Assembly (NCBI GenBank): GCA_944381135.1
Contig: CALWJY010000001.1
Location: forward strand, 217,306 to 281,305
Reading direction: 5' to 3'
DNA from: an uncultured Clostridia bacterium
Lineage (GTDB): Bacteria > Bacillota > Clostridia > Christensenellales > UBA1242
Length of the DNA stretch: 64,000 nucleotides
This document shows positions 1 to 9,949 of this stretch, piece after piece; the first letter of the stretch is position 1; each line of letters opens with the position of its first letter. The notes under the pieces were generated by a model, which did not search any database, was not told the origin of the DNA, and worked only from the letters and a program-made list of their open reading frames with translations. A program made the translations under genes and the position numbers.

Positions 1-132
1 TTCCACTTTTTGATATGGATTGTCACCAAGTTTCATGATTGCGCCCTTTCCAAAATCTTTTTCAATTTTCAAAAGTGCTTGTTCAAGCGCCTCTTCACGA
101 GGGTCTTTGTTGTCTTTTTCTTTTCCTGCCAT
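1..132 (-). CDS. recA: Recombinase RecA, first 44 codons only (gene runs off the left edge)
   Basis: Minus-strand ATG at 130-132 is preceded by AGGAG. My translation is [44 protein letters not shown], which matches the conserved RecA N-terminus (ALxxIEKxFGKGxIMxLG). It lies downstream of pgsA-cinA as in Bacillus and Clostridia. Confidence 0.85.
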   Translation of the reverse strand, partial: MAGKEKDNKDPREEALEQALLKIEKDFGKGAIMKLGDNPYQKVE

Positions 133-171
133 ATTTTTCTTTCTCCTATGCTTAAATCAATTTTCAAATAT

Positions 172-200
172 ATTTTACCCTAAACCACACAATTTCTCAA
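172..200 (-). promoter_or_regulatory. Putative SigA-type promoter for recA (-35 TTGAGA, 17 nt spacer, -10 TAAAAT)
   Basis: Read on the minus strand, -35 is at 195-200 and -10 at 172-177. It lies between the cinA-like stop (286) and the recA ATG (132). I saw no GAAC-N4-GTTC LexA box nearby. Confidence 0.5.
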
Positions 201-285
201 AACAAATTTCAAACAAAACAAAGAAAACTTCATCTCAAAAAAAATAGGAAAGTAAAACATAAATCAAAGATGAAAATCAATCATC

Positions 286-1416
286 TCAGTTGGAATTGTT
301 TATGCATTTTTCCATAACAAATTTTTGAAGTCTGAAAAGCGCAAACTCGCAAATGCAGTCCAAAACTTGTTGCCTCTCACCCTCAAATGCAGTTGAAAAA
401 ACATGGATTTCTTCTTTGTTTCCAACCGCCACAAAACATTTGCCAGAGGCGTTTCCAATCACAGAAATTGCCAACTCGCTTTCAGATTTTTTCAGCAAAT
501 TTTTTGTAAGTTCATATGCAATTTCTTTTGAAACTTCTCCAAACTTTTCAATCTCAGCGTTCTGTATGTCAAGTTCGTCAAAATTTGTCAAGATGAAAGA
601 CTTTTTCAACACAAAATCTTCATCCTTTTTTTCATTTTCTCTTTCGTTCTCATTTTCCGTTTCGCGACTTTCGCCGTCTTTTCTTTTTAAAAATTCCTTG
701 TCCGCAACTGCAATTTTTGATGTCAATGCTCCCGCACTGATTTGTTCTGCCACAGCAAGACTGAGTTTTTGTTTTTTCAAAAGTTCCACAACCATATCTT
801 GCAAAGATTCATCAGAAAATGCAAACAAACTGTCACCAAAAATGTTTAAAAGTCTTTCGTGGTCAAGATATTGTGAATAATAAACAATATGTAAAAACTG
901 ACTTTTGGTTATCATTTTATATCTAAATTCTGTGTCAACACTTTGAAATTCGTCAAACCTTTTTTCGACAAACGAAGCCGTTTTTCCAAAAATTGAAACA
1001 CAATGCACAGCACGCTTTTCCAAAAACTCGTTTAAAAAAGTTGCCATGTCAAGTTCAAGTGGAAGAAACAACATTCTTCTTGAATTTTCAGAATCTGAAA
1101 TTGAATCGGATGTTGAAACTTCAACCATGTTCAATTTTGAAGAATTTGCAATCAACTTTACGGCTTGGTCAAAAATCAATGACATTTCGTCGCCGTCAGA
1201 GCGAATTTTATTCAAAAATTTGTCAATAAATTGGTTCTTGCAAAAAACAAGACTGACATCGCACTCCGTTTTTGTCGATTTGACAAAAGAAAGACACTCA
1301 TCAAACTGATTGCATCTTATGACCGAGAAGTCAAAGCGACCAAATTTGATGAGCATTTCTTCAACTTTTGAATTGTCCAATTGGTTGTTTGAAAAAACAA
1401 TCGCCCTATTTTGCAT
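286..1416 (-). CDS. cinA: CinA-like competence/damage-inducible protein, divergent, with an internal charged insertion
   Basis: Position between pgsA and recA fits CinA. The C-terminal segment LSLAVAEQISAGALTSKIA resembles the CinA/PncC motif LATAESCTGG. I chose the ATG at 1416 (MQNRAIVF, GGTG SD 7 nt upstream) over the TTG at 1464, which lies inside pgsA. Confidence 0.55.
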   Translation of the reverse strand: MQNRAIVFSNNQLDNSKVEEMLIKFGRFDFSVIRCNQFDECLSFVKSTKTECDVSLVFCKNQFIDKFLNKIRSDGDEMSLIFDQAVKLIANSSKLNMVEVSTSDSISDSENSRRMLFLPLELDMATFLNEFLEKRAVHCVSIFGKTASFVEKRFDEFQSVDTEFRYKMITKSQFLHIVYYSQYLDHERLLNIFGDSLFAFSDESLQDMVVELLKKQKLSLAVAEQISAGALTSKIAVADKEFLKRKDGESRETENENERENEKKDEDFVLKKSFILTNFDELDIQNAEIEKFGEVSKEIAYELTKNLLKKSESELAISVIGNASGKCFVAVGNKEEIHVFSTAFEGERQQVLDCICEFALFRLQKFVMEKCINNSN

Positions 1417-2035
1417 CTTTAAGCACCTGTTTGTTGTTTGCAATATATTTCCATCCCGAAACAATGGTCATAATCACTGTGATTGCCAAGAAGACATAGC
1501 CAACAATGCTGATGACAGTGTTTGCAGTGCCGTCAATGGCATAATAGAACTCTTCCACAATGAACGCATAGAGGAAATAATAAATCAAAGTGATGAATTG
1601 GAAAACAGTCTTAACTTTTCCATAGATGTCTGCAGCCAAAACGATGTTTTTTGTTGCGGCAACTTGACGAAAAGCGCTGACAATAAATTCCCTCGCCAAA
1701 ATGATGATGACAGCCACAATTCCAACATAAGAAGGGAAAATTGCCGGCTCTGCCAACCCTTGACCGCCATTTGCCGTGATTGGAGATGCAATCAGCAGAA
1801 TAAACCCACTCATCACCACCACTTTATCTGCAATTGGGTCAAGAAATTTCCCAAGGTCTGTGACAAGCCCGCGTTTGCGCGCAATGTGACCATCAAGAAA
1901 GTCCGTCAAGCACGCAATGGCAAAAATGATTGTTGCCACAAGTTTTCCATAAGGAATGAAAGTTGCAAGATAGAAAAAAATGAAAATTGGAATCAAACAT
2001 ATCCTGCACACTGTGATTTTGTTTGGAAGATTCAT
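1406..2035 (-). CDS. pgsA: CDP-diacylglycerol--glycerol-3-phosphate 3-phosphatidyltransferase
   Basis: CDP-alcohol phosphatidyltransferase motif DFLDGHIARKRGLVTDLGKFLDPIADKV is present. ATG at 2035 (MNLPNKITV) has an AAGGAGAG SD and forms an ATGA overlap with the rimO stop. Confidence 0.9.
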   Translation of the reverse strand: MNLPNKITVCRICLIPIFIFFYLATFIPYGKLVATIIFAIACLTDFLDGHIARKRGLVTDLGKFLDPIADKVVVMSGFILLIASPITANGGQGLAEPAIFPSYVGIVAVIIILAREFIVSAFRQVAATKNIVLAADIYGKVKTVFQFITLIYYFLYAFIVEEFYYAIDGTANTVISIVGYVFLAITVIMTIVSGWKYIANNKQVLKDAK

Positions 2036-3351
2036 ATGCACTCTCCTTTAAAATTTTGCCCGTCAAAATCTGTAAATTTGACATTCACAAATTTTCCTGC
2101 TTCAACATTTCCATTATCCACAATTTTCACACCAAAGTCAACTGTTGGAGACAAAAACTGCGTGTGTCCCACAAAAACACCCTCATTTTCATCAAAAAAG
2201 TCCACCAAAACTTCAAAAGTCTGTCCCAATTTCTGCCTTGCTTTCTCGGTGACAATTTGATTTTGAATTTTTTGAATTTTTTTAAGGCGTCTGTTTTTCA
2301 CAATTTGTGAAACTTGACCATCCATATAGAAACTTGGCGTGTTTTCCTCACGAAAATATGTGAAGAAGCCGGCATAATCAAACTTTGTTTCTTTCACAAA
2401 ATGGCAAAGTTTCAAAAAATCTCGTCTTGTCTCACTCGGGTAGCCAACAATGAAAGTTGTCCTAAGCGCAATGTCTGGAAATTTGGTTTTGATTTTTGAC
2501 ACAAGCGCCCGCGTTTCAACCTCGCCCATGCGCCTGCGCATGCTTTTCAAAATGCGGTCATCAATGTGTTGAAGCGGAATGTCCAAATATTTACACATTT
2601 TTGGTTCGTTTTCAATAAATTGCAGAAGTTCGTCACTTGTTCGTTCTGGATAGGCATAATGAAGCCTTATCCACTTGATTCCGTCAATCTTGCAAAGCCT
2701 TTTGCAAAGTTCAACAAGTTTGTTTTTCCCATACAAATCTTCGCCATATCTCGTCACATCTTGCGCCACCAAAACTAACTCTTTGAAGTTGTTCTTTGCA
2801 AGATATTTCGCCTCTTCCACGATGTCGTCCATTTTGAAACTGACATATCGCCCCTTGATTCTTGGAATTGTGCAATAGGAGCACGCGTTGCTGCACCCCT
2901 CTGCAATTTTCAGATAGGCATAAGCCCCTCTTGTTGTGAAAATTCTTCCTTTGTTTTTTCTGATTTTTGAAGGCGTCAAGCCATAAAGCCTCTCAACAAT
3001 TTCACAAATTTTGTCGTTTTCAGAAGCGGTTAAAAATGCGTCAACTTCTGGAATTTGTTTGATAAGTTCGTCCTTGTGCCTCTGTGCCAAACACCCGCTG
3101 ACAACCACCTTTTCAATCACACCACGACTTTTCAACGCGCACATGTCAAAGATGTTTGAAAGCGCCTCTTCTTTTGCCGGAGTGATGAACGCGCATGTGT
3201 TGACAATCACAATGTTTGCACTCTGAGGGTCGTCCACAATTTCAAATCCAGCATCAGAAAGTTTGAACAACATCTTTTCAAGGTCAACTCTGTTTTTGTC
3301 ACAACCAAGTGAAATTGCCGACACTTTCTTCCCTTTCAATTTTTCATCCAT
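2032..3351 (-). CDS. rimO: Ribosomal protein S12 methylthiotransferase RimO (radical SAM MTTase with C-terminal TRAM)
   Basis: N-terminal ISLGCDKNRVDLE...VNTCAFI is present, together with the radical-SAM CxxxCxxC (CSNACSYC). Size and position upstream of pgsA fit RimO. Confidence 0.85.
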   Translation of the reverse strand: MDEKLKGKKVSAISLGCDKNRVDLEKMLFKLSDAGFEIVDDPQSANIVIVNTCAFITPAKEEALSNIFDMCALKSRGVIEKVVVSGCLAQRHKDELIKQIPEVDAFLTASENDKICEIVERLYGLTPSKIRKNKGRIFTTRGAYAYLKIAEGCSNACSYCTIPRIKGRYVSFKMDDIVEEAKYLAKNNFKELVLVAQDVTRYGEDLYGKNKLVELCKRLCKIDGIKWIRLHYAYPERTSDELLQFIENEPKMCKYLDIPLQHIDDRILKSMRRRMGEVETRALVSKIKTKFPDIALRTTFIVGYPSETRRDFLKLCHFVKETKFDYAGFFTYFREENTPSFYMDGQVSQIVKNRRLKKIQKIQNQIVTEKARQKLGQTFEVLVDFFDENEGVFVGHTQFLSPTVDFGVKIVDNGNVEAGKFVNVKFTDFDGQNFKGECI

Positions 3352-3483
3352 ATTTCCTCCTGAAGAAAAGTTCGTTTTTCATGCAACAATTTAAAGAAAC
3401 TTCATCTCTAAACTCTTGCTTCATTTGAAACTCAAATTGTTTCTTCATTTCCTCCCGTAAAGCAAAATTCAAAAATTTTTTCA

Positions 3484-6387
3484 TCAATCATATTGGTCGC
3501 CAAACAATTGCTTGAATTCCTCTTCAGTGATGTAAACCGAACGCCCCTTGGCTCCATCCGCGCTGGAGATATATCCCGCCTCTTCCATTTGGTCGATGAT
3601 TCTTGCAGCACGAGGATAGCCAATTGCAAATTTACGCCTAATCATCGTTGCAGAAGCCTGCCCACATTCAATTGAAACCTTAAGCGCTTGAGGCAAAAGT
3701 TCGTCCATTTCGGTGTTATATCCCGGACCACCGCCATTGTTGTTTCTGTTTGGATTGTTGATTTGTTTTGCAATTTCTTCGTCAAAAATTGGAGGGTTGT
3801 TTTCACGCACAAAGTCCACAATTTTGTTGATTTCGCCTGTCGTGATGAAACACCCTTGAACACGCGTCACATCTTTTGCTCCATTTGGGAAATAAAGCAT
3901 GTCGCCCTTGCCCAAAAGTTTTTCCGCACCAACTCTGTCCAAAATTGTCATAGAATCCATTGTGCTTTTCACAGCAAAAGAAATTCGAGATGGGAAGTTT
4001 GATTTGATGAGTCCCGTGATGACATCCACCGATGGTCTTTGTGTGGCAAGAATCAAATGGATGCCCGCAGCACGCGCCTTTTGCGCAAGACGGCAAACTT
4101 TTTCCTCCACTTCTTTTTTGCCCGTCATCATAAGGTCAGCAAGTTCGTCCACAATGATGACAAGGTATGGCATTTTTGGAATTTTCCCAGAAACAACATC
4201 TGGCGTTTCGTTATATTCGCTGATTTCGCGCACCCTTGCACGCCCAAGCATGTCAAATCTGCGCTCCATTTCATTGACCGCCCAAGCCAAAGTGTTGATG
4301 GCTTTTTGAGTGTCGCTGATGATTTGTGGCATAATGAGGTGTGGAAGTCCTTCATATGAAGCAAACTCAACGCGTTTTGGGTCAATCAAAACAATTTTGA
4401 CATCTTCCGGCGAAGATTTATATATGATTGAAAGAATGATAGAGTTGAGGCACACACTCTTTCCAGAGCCGGTTGTTCCAGCAACCAAAAGGTGTGTCAA
4501 CTTTCTCATGTCACAACAAATCGTTTTGCCTGTGATGTCTTTTCCAAGTGCAAAAGTCAAAGGTGAAGAAGCCTGCTGAAATTCTCTTGAGTTCAAAACA
4601 TCTTTCAAACTTATGGTTGCAATTGAGGCGTTTGGCACTTCAATTCCCACCACGCTTTTTCCAGGAATTGGCGCTTCAATTCTGATTGTCCCCTCCGCTG
4701 CAAGCGAAAGCGCAATGTCGTCAGCTCGGTTTTTGATTTTCTGCACAGAAATTCCTTGAGGCATCTCAAGTTCATATCTCGTCACCGCTGGTCCAACAAC
4801 AACACCTTGAACTTTTGCTGGCACGCCAAAGGTTTCCAAAGTGTTTTCCAAAAGCACCCTTTTGACAGCAACCTCGTCATTCAAAGTTGAAAGGTCAACA
4901 CTTTGAGTGGTGATGAAATCAATCGGAGGCTTTTCATAAACATAAGGCTCATGCACAGGCTCTGGCTCTTCTTCTAAAATTGGTTGATTTTCACGCGCAA
5001 GTGTGCCGTTTCGCATTGCCATACGGTCAAAATCTCTGTGGAAATCATTGCGCGCATCTCGGTCTTCTTGGCTTAGGTTTTTCTCTTCTCTCTCCCTCAA
5101 ACTTCGGTTGAAAGCCTCTCTTGAGCGGTCAAGATTTTCACCACGCCCATCAAAACTTTGCCTTGAATTTCTGTCAAAACTCTCACTTGAAGAGGTGTTT
5201 TCATATATTCTTTCAAACGCACCACTGTTGTCACGCTCTGGCAATCTGTCCAAAACATTCTTTTCTTGTTCGGTGTCCAAATTTTGATAGATTTCCGGAT
5301 TTTCGCTCTTTTCCTCTTCCACTGCCGAGCGCAAAATGTCGTCAGCACGCTCCACAAGTTCTTCCGATTTCACTTCCGGCAAAGTTCTGTGAATGAGAGG
5401 TGTTGCTTCCACCTTAAATTCGTCCTCATGGAAAACTTGAGATGGCTCAACCTCGTCATTTTTAAGCGCGGAAACATTTTTGTCAATTTCTTGTTTTGAC
5501 GGAACTTCACTTTGCTTTTTGACATCTTTGAAATATTCATCAATGTCAATTTGAGGTGGAGTCAAAATCAACTCTTTCAAACTTTTTGGTTTTTGTTCCT
5601 GTTTTGGCGCACTGACAGCCGAAACAGGTTTTTGCTCAAATTCATATGCCGTGTTTCTTTTCTTGTCAAGCCCCAAAATTTGCCTTGCAGTCAGCGGTTT
5701 TTGCGCCTCTTTTTCCGCTTCTTCTTTCAAATTCCCGTTCAAAACAACATTGGTTTCTGCCGTTTCTTGAGGTTGTTGCAGTTGCGCCTCTTTTTGCTTT
5801 TCAATCTGTCTCACATCCTCTGCAACACGACGTTTTTTCTCAGAAACTTTGACAGAAACCGGCTCTTTTTCCACCTTTTGACGCTTCAAGAAATTCAGGC
5901 TGTCCAAAAGCAGTGCCAAACTAATCACAAAGCACAGCGCAAAAATGATGTATGCACCATAGATGTTTGCCATATATAAGAAAATGGTGGTGAAAAGCCC
6001 CACAATAATTCCACCGGCGGTCCATTTGTCAAGATAGTTTTTTGCCAAATAGTCGCCGAAAGACATGTCGCCCTTGTTTCCGACAATGGCAAGTTGAAGA
6101 ATGCAGAGTGCAAAAAACACAGTGAGGACAAGACAAATGGTGTATTTAACAGACATGACATAGCGCCTGTTGTTGATGAGTGCAAGCCCCACCACAAACA
6201 TGCAAATGCAAAGAGGAAAACCAAACACACCAAAAAGCCCCAAAAGAAAAGTTTGGATTGGTGCAACAATGCCTGTCAAAAACAGAAAAATCACCGACGC
6301 AGCAGCAAGAAGTGAAAAGCCAACAATTTTCTTAATGTCACGATTTTTCTGATTTTTTTTGTTTGACCTAAGTTTATATACAGCCAT
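3484..6387 (-). CDS. ftsK: DNA translocase FtsK/SpoIIIE
   Basis: It has N-terminal TM helices and a long low-complexity linker. Walker A is GTTGSGKSV, and the C-terminal gamma winged helix reads ASATMIRRKFAIGYPRAARIIDQMEEAGYIS. Confidence 0.9.
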   Translation of the reverse strand: MAVYKLRSNKKNQKNRDIKKIVGFSLLAAASVIFLFLTGIVAPIQTFLLGLFGVFGFPLCICMFVVGLALINNRRYVMSVKYTICLVLTVFFALCILQLAIVGNKGDMSFGDYLAKNYLDKWTAGGIIVGLFTTIFLYMANIYGAYIIFALCFVISLALLLDSLNFLKRQKVEKEPVSVKVSEKKRRVAEDVRQIEKQKEAQLQQPQETAETNVVLNGNLKEEAEKEAQKPLTARQILGLDKKRNTAYEFEQKPVSAVSAPKQEQKPKSLKELILTPPQIDIDEYFKDVKKQSEVPSKQEIDKNVSALKNDEVEPSQVFHEDEFKVEATPLIHRTLPEVKSEELVERADDILRSAVEEEKSENPEIYQNLDTEQEKNVLDRLPERDNSGAFERIYENTSSSESFDRNSRQSFDGRGENLDRSREAFNRSLREREEKNLSQEDRDARNDFHRDFDRMAMRNGTLARENQPILEEEPEPVHEPYVYEKPPIDFITTQSVDLSTLNDEVAVKRVLLENTLETFGVPAKVQGVVVGPAVTRYELEMPQGISVQKIKNRADDIALSLAAEGTIRIEAPIPGKSVVGIEVPNASIATISLKDVLNSREFQQASSPLTFALGKDITGKTICCDMRKLTHLLVAGTTGSGKSVCLNSIILSIIYKSSPEDVKIVLIDPKRVEFASYEGLPHLIMPQIISDTQKAINTLAWAVNEMERRFDMLGRARVREISEYNETPDVVSGKIPKMPYLVIIVDELADLMMTGKKEVEEKVCRLAQKARAAGIHLILATQRPSVDVITGLIKSNFPSRISFAVKSTMDSMTILDRVGAEKLLGKGDMLYFPNGAKDVTRVQGCFITTGEINKIVDFVRENNPPIFDEEIAKQINNPNRNNNGGGPGYNTEMDELLPQALKVSIECGQASATMIRRKFAIGYPRAARIIDQMEEAGYISSADGAKGRSVYITEEEFKQLFGDQYD

Positions 6388-6675
6388 TCAAAGTCCCCCA
6401 AAAATGCATTTTTTCCAAAAATAGAAATTGGAAACACTTTTCTAAAAATAAGTATATCACTTTTAAATTCAAAATCCCAAACAGATTTAGAAAAAAATCA
6501 ACTATTTTTGTCGTGACATAAAAGTGGTGAAAAAACAAGAACAACCAAAATCAAACATTTAAAGTTTTTTATAACATAACTTTAAAAAATAAACATTAAG
6601 GCACAAATTTTCACCGCATAAAATTATCATCATCCTAAAATTTTAAAAATTGGTGTTTTTTTTGAGTTTATTTCA

Positions 6676-7401
6676 CTAAATTCCAAGATTTTCGCTGACT
6701 GTGCAAAGTTCAAAACCTTTCTCTTTTAAGGTTTTAATGATGCGGTCAAGCGCATTTTTGGTCGCTTCAGTTGGATGCATAAGGACAAAATCGCCACCTT
6801 TGCAATTCTTGATTGCGCGCTGATAGATGATTTCGCTGTCCTTGTCTCTCCAATCAATTGTGTCACACCCATCCGTCCACATGATTGTTTTATATCCAAG
6901 TTCGGAAGCAATTTCAACAGTTTTTTTGCTGTATGAGCCACTTGGTGGCGCAAAAAGGTCCATTTCAACACCAATCAAACTTTTGACGAGGTTGTGAGTG
7001 TTGAGGATTTCTTCATAATTTTTTTCTGCCGAAATTATGCCTTGGTCTTTGTGATAATATCCATGATTTCCAATTTCGTGACCTGCCTCATAAATCTTTC
7101 GAAGCATGTTGCTTTCTTGCACTGCCCAAGTTCCTCCCACAAAAAATGTTGTGGTCACATCGTTATCTTCCAAAATTTGAAGCATATCATCCAAATATTC
7201 TGTGCCCCAGTAAACATTAATCATAAGCGTCACCTTGTTTGAGGTTTCATCCCCGCTGTAATACACCCCGTTATACATTTTTGCCGAAGTGACATAATTC
7301 ACCCCATAAAACGCCAAAACAGAAATTGTGGCAAGCATAATCACAATGATGGCATTTGTGGCAAAACGCCTGAAATTTATTGTCCAAATTTTTGTTTTCA
7401 T
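6676..7401 (-). CDS. pdaB: Polysaccharide deacetylase (NodB fold), PdaB-like sporulation type
   Basis: N-terminal TM helix is followed by NVYWG..TTFFVGGTWA..GHEIGNHGYYH, typical of PdaB-type deacetylases. Confidence 0.7.
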   Translation of the reverse strand: MKTKIWTINFRRFATNAIIVIMLATISVLAFYGVNYVTSAKMYNGVYYSGDETSNKVTLMINVYWGTEYLDDMLQILEDNDVTTTFFVGGTWAVQESNMLRKIYEAGHEIGNHGYYHKDQGIISAEKNYEEILNTHNLVKSLIGVEMDLFAPPSGSYSKKTVEIASELGYKTIMWTDGCDTIDWRDKDSEIIYQRAIKNCKGGDFVLMHPTEATKNALDRIIKTLKEKGFELCTVSENLGI

Positions 7402-7599
7402 AACACATCATATGCGCCAAAATTGATAAAATGCCTCAAGCCCAAACTTGTTGCTCAAATCGTTGTTTGTTTCGCTGTTCATTTCGTTGCAATAAAAAAA
7501 TAAGCACAGACAAAACCTCTTTCTGCACTTTTAACAACACAAAAACATCAAAACCAAAATTCTAAAAACATCAAAAATCAACAAAAAAAACGACAAAAA

Positions 7600-7643
7600 A
7601 TAAAAATTAAAATTAAAAATAAAAAGTGGCACTGCCATCACTT
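7600..7643 (-). terminator. Weak intrinsic terminator candidate after 7642..8568
   Basis: On the minus strand, AAGTG-N10-CACTT overlaps the stop codon and is followed by TTTTTATTTTT. The stem is short, so confidence is low. Confidence 0.35.
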
Positions 7644-8568
7644 AAGAGAGTGTCAATGTCACAAATTCACTTTCAAGCAAATATCCATTTGCGCAAGACC
7701 TTATTTCCACAACAGAGTTTTCAAAATCGACACCATAAAGCAGAGTTCGCGCGTCTGTCAGCACAAATTCAAAGCCAACGCCATCCACTTCTTCACCATC
7801 TCCCGCTTGCAAAGTACCTCTTAAAGCGTTATCAACATAAATTTCAAACTGCAAAGGACTTTGTGTGCATGCGAGCGTGACATGCAAATTCTCATCCACT
7901 GACGCAAAAACAATTTCATTGTGCTTTTCAACCTCAATCACAACTCTTTCACTTGCAGAGGATGTCAAAAAGCCTTGACTGTCTGAAGTTGCAAACAAAA
8001 AGACTGTGTAGGTTCCAACCGGAACTTCATCAAGTGAAACAGAATTTGTTTCCAATGTTGCAACATCAGAATTGCCTGCGTTGTCAACAATCAAAAGGTC
8101 ATATCCATCTGCATTTGCAACCTCTCCCCAAGAAAGAATGAATGTTTCTTTGTCATAGGAAATTGTGGATGTGTCCACACTTTGCAAAGGTGTGCATGCA
8201 ACCCAAACAACAGGTTCTGAAAATTCGCCGTCCGAATTTTCTTGACTGAAACAAGCAGAAAATCGAAATTCCTCACCCAAAGCAATGTCGAAATCTTGCT
8301 GGCTGAGGCTGATGATGTTTGTTTCGCTTTCAATGGTGTCAATCAAAACAAATTGACCACCCAAATTTTGCTCGACACGGAATTTGTATGAATATTGTCC
8401 GCTGTATTCTGTCACCAAAAAGAATTCGTCATCAACATTCATCACTTGAACACTGTTTGGCGCAGTGTCAATTCTTCGGCTTGCAAAGAAAAAGAGACAA
8501 AGTCCAACGACAACTGCCACAAAAGCCAAAATTGCAACGGATATGTATATAATTTTTTTTGTTTTCAT
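7642..8568 (-). CDS. Membrane-anchored beta-rich protein of unknown function (possible Fn3/Ig-like repeats)
   Basis: The ORF is a clean 308 aa with an N-terminal TM helix (IIYISVAILAFVAVVVGLCLFFF). The remainder is beta-strand-like, for example ISYDKETFILSWGEVANADGYDLLIV. I recognise no family. Confidence 0.6.
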   Translation of the reverse strand: MKTKKIIYISVAILAFVAVVVGLCLFFFASRRIDTAPNSVQVMNVDDEFFLVTEYSGQYSYKFRVEQNLGGQFVLIDTIESETNIISLSQQDFDIALGEEFRFSACFSQENSDGEFSEPVVWVACTPLQSVDTSTISYDKETFILSWGEVANADGYDLLIVDNAGNSDVATLETNSVSLDEVPVGTYTVFLFATSDSQGFLTSSASERVVIEVEKHNEIVFASVDENLHVTLACTQSPLQFEIYVDNALRGTLQAGDGEEVDGVGFEFVLTDARTLLYGVDFENSVVEIRSCANGYLLESEFVTLTLS

Positions 8569-8754
8569 AATTAAAATTCAATATTAGTATATATTAAAAA
8601 CAAGATTTTTGCAATTTTTTTCGCATGATAATCAAAAATTTTATAAAAAATAATAAAATTCCACTCAACTTGCCAAAAATTGCCAAATTTAACTGAATGT
8701 GATTAAAAAAATGTAAATATGATTCAAAAAAATAAAAAATTTAAAAAAGTTGTA

Positions 8755-8783
8755 TTGACAAATAAAAGAAAACATGATAGAAT
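8755..8783 (+). promoter_or_regulatory. SigA-type promoter for 8808..9701 (-35 TTGACA, 17 nt, extended -10 TGaTAGAAT)
   Basis: TTGACA lies at 8755-8760 and TAGAAT at 8778-8783. GGAGG at 8796-8800 precedes the ATG at 8808. Confidence 0.65.
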
Positions 8784-8807
8784 ATAGATAAATTTGGAGG
8801 TATTAAT

Positions 8808-9701
8808 ATGCTTTTGAGCCTTAATTTCAACAATCTTTCAATTGAAGGATACGCAGCATTCATCTTGGCACTCATCTTCACAATCATCACAATCGCTTCT
8901 TGCATATATTTTGCAAGACATAAAGAAATCAACAAAATTCTAAATGTTCTCATCGTCTTTGTCTTCCCAATGTTGACAATTTTGTGTTGGGTATATCTGC
9001 TTTTAAATGTCCTCGGTTTTAATGTCGCCGTTGCTCTTGGAATTTCGTTTGGTTGTGCTGTTGGCTATGCAATTGTTGCATTTGCAATTTCTGCACTTGT
9101 TGCCTACATCATCAAGAAGAAAAAAGAAAAACAAGAAGTTGCTGAAAAAACCGTAGACGAACCAATTGCTTCAGCAACCATTGAAAATGAAGAAGAAGAC
9201 AAAACTGCAGAAAACAAAGAAGAAGTTTTGGAAGACACAACAGTCATCGCACCACTCATGCTCACACACGAAGAACCAGAGCAAGAATCAACATTTGTTG
9301 AAACAGAGAATGTTGAAAACACAGAAACTGAAGAAACATCAGAAAATGAGACAACATCATATGAAAACAACGAAATTGTTGAAAACGATGAAGAGGCAGA
9401 ACCACAAGACGAAGTTGACAGCAATGACGAAACAGAAGAAGTTGTTGGAAATTATGAAACAGAAACTGAGGCTGAAGAACAAAACTCAGAAACAGATGAA
9501 ACAACTGAAGAAACACAACTTGAAGAAGTTGAAGATATTTCTGAAGAAGAGCCAACCGAGCAAGTTGTTGGAAGCGATGAAACTTCAATACAAGAAACAA
9601 TTTCAGAAGATTCAGAAGAAACAACTCCTGTGGAAGAGCCTCTTGAAATTGTTGAAGACGAAAATTCAACAGACACCGACAACACAGATGAAGACAAATA
9701 A
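8808..9701 (+). CDS. Membrane protein with a long Glu/Thr/Asp-rich low-complexity tail
   Basis: It has a strong promoter, SD and terminator. Three to four N-terminal hydrophobic helices are followed by about 190 aa of acidic low complexity (ETEETSENETT...). Confidence 0.7.
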   Translation: MLLSLNFNNLSIEGYAAFILALIFTIITIASCIYFARHKEINKILNVLIVFVFPMLTILCWVYLLLNVLGFNVAVALGISFGCAVGYAIVAFAISALVAYIIKKKKEKQEVAEKTVDEPIASATIENEEEDKTAENKEEVLEDTTVIAPLMLTHEEPEQESTFVETENVENTETEETSENETTSYENNEIVENDEEAEPQDEVDSNDETEEVVGNYETETEAEEQNSETDETTEETQLEEVEDISEEEPTEQVVGSDETSIQETISEDSEETTPVEEPLEIVEDENSTDTDNTDEDK

Positions 9702-9715
9702 TAAAACATTCAAAG

Positions 9716-9746
9716 AAAAGCACATCAATCATAGGTGTGCTTTTTT
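9716..9746 (+). terminator. Rho-independent terminator of 8808..9701
   Basis: The stem is GCACATC-aatcata-GGTGTGC (one G.U pair), followed by TTTTTT at 9741-9746. Confidence 0.7.
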
Positions 9747-9853
9747 GATGTTTAATGTCTAAATTAACCATTTCATTTTTGTCAGCCTTTCTTTGTCCAA
9801 ACAATCAGAACTTCTTCCAAGAAAAAACGATTAGATCAACCCCATTTGACAAC

Positions 9854-9889
9854 AAAAAACCTCCGTACAAAGCAGAGGTTATTTTTTTT
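9854..9889. terminator. Bidirectional terminator-like hairpin between convergent genes (serves leuS on the minus strand)
   Basis: AACCTC-N11-GAGGTT (9858-9880) is flanked by an A-run on the left and T8 on the right. Confidence 0.55.
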
Positions 9890-9949
9890 AAATTTCATTT
9901 TTTTTAATTAAACAAATCAAATTAAACTTTAGATAATTCACCATCAAAT

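Noticed and set aside
133-285. Search for a LexA (Cheo) box GAAC-N4-GTTC upstream of recA
   Set aside because: None was seen. Absence judged by eye in one region is not evidence of an SOS-less organism, so I do not report it as a finding.
1310-2260. Long plus-strand ORFs antisense to well-supported minus-strand genes: 1310..2260, 11036..11779, 17242..17874, 34568..35152, 48358..49092, 55253..55948, 56134..56853 and 60532..61182
   Set aside because: Each mirrors a gene with clear family motifs. Their translations are Cys/Phe/His/Lys-rich low complexity with no SD sites. Long antisense frames are expected when the sense strand is A-rich and rarely uses TTA, CTA or TCA codons.
3344-3448. 34-codon minus-strand ORF (MKKQFEFQMKQEFRDEVSLNCCMKNELFFRRKYG) between ftsK and rimO, overlapping the rimO start, as a possible leader peptide
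   Set aside because: The GGAGG lies only 2 nt from its ATG. The composition is unremarkable, and I cannot check conservation. It is not supportable from sequence alone.
9166-9762. 198-aa Lys-rich ORF in an alternative frame of the acidic tail of 8808..9701, together with the minus-strand ORFs 9104..9804
   Set aside because: These are frame artefacts of a GAA/ACA-rich low-complexity stretch. The promoter, SD and terminator all serve the 8808 frame.
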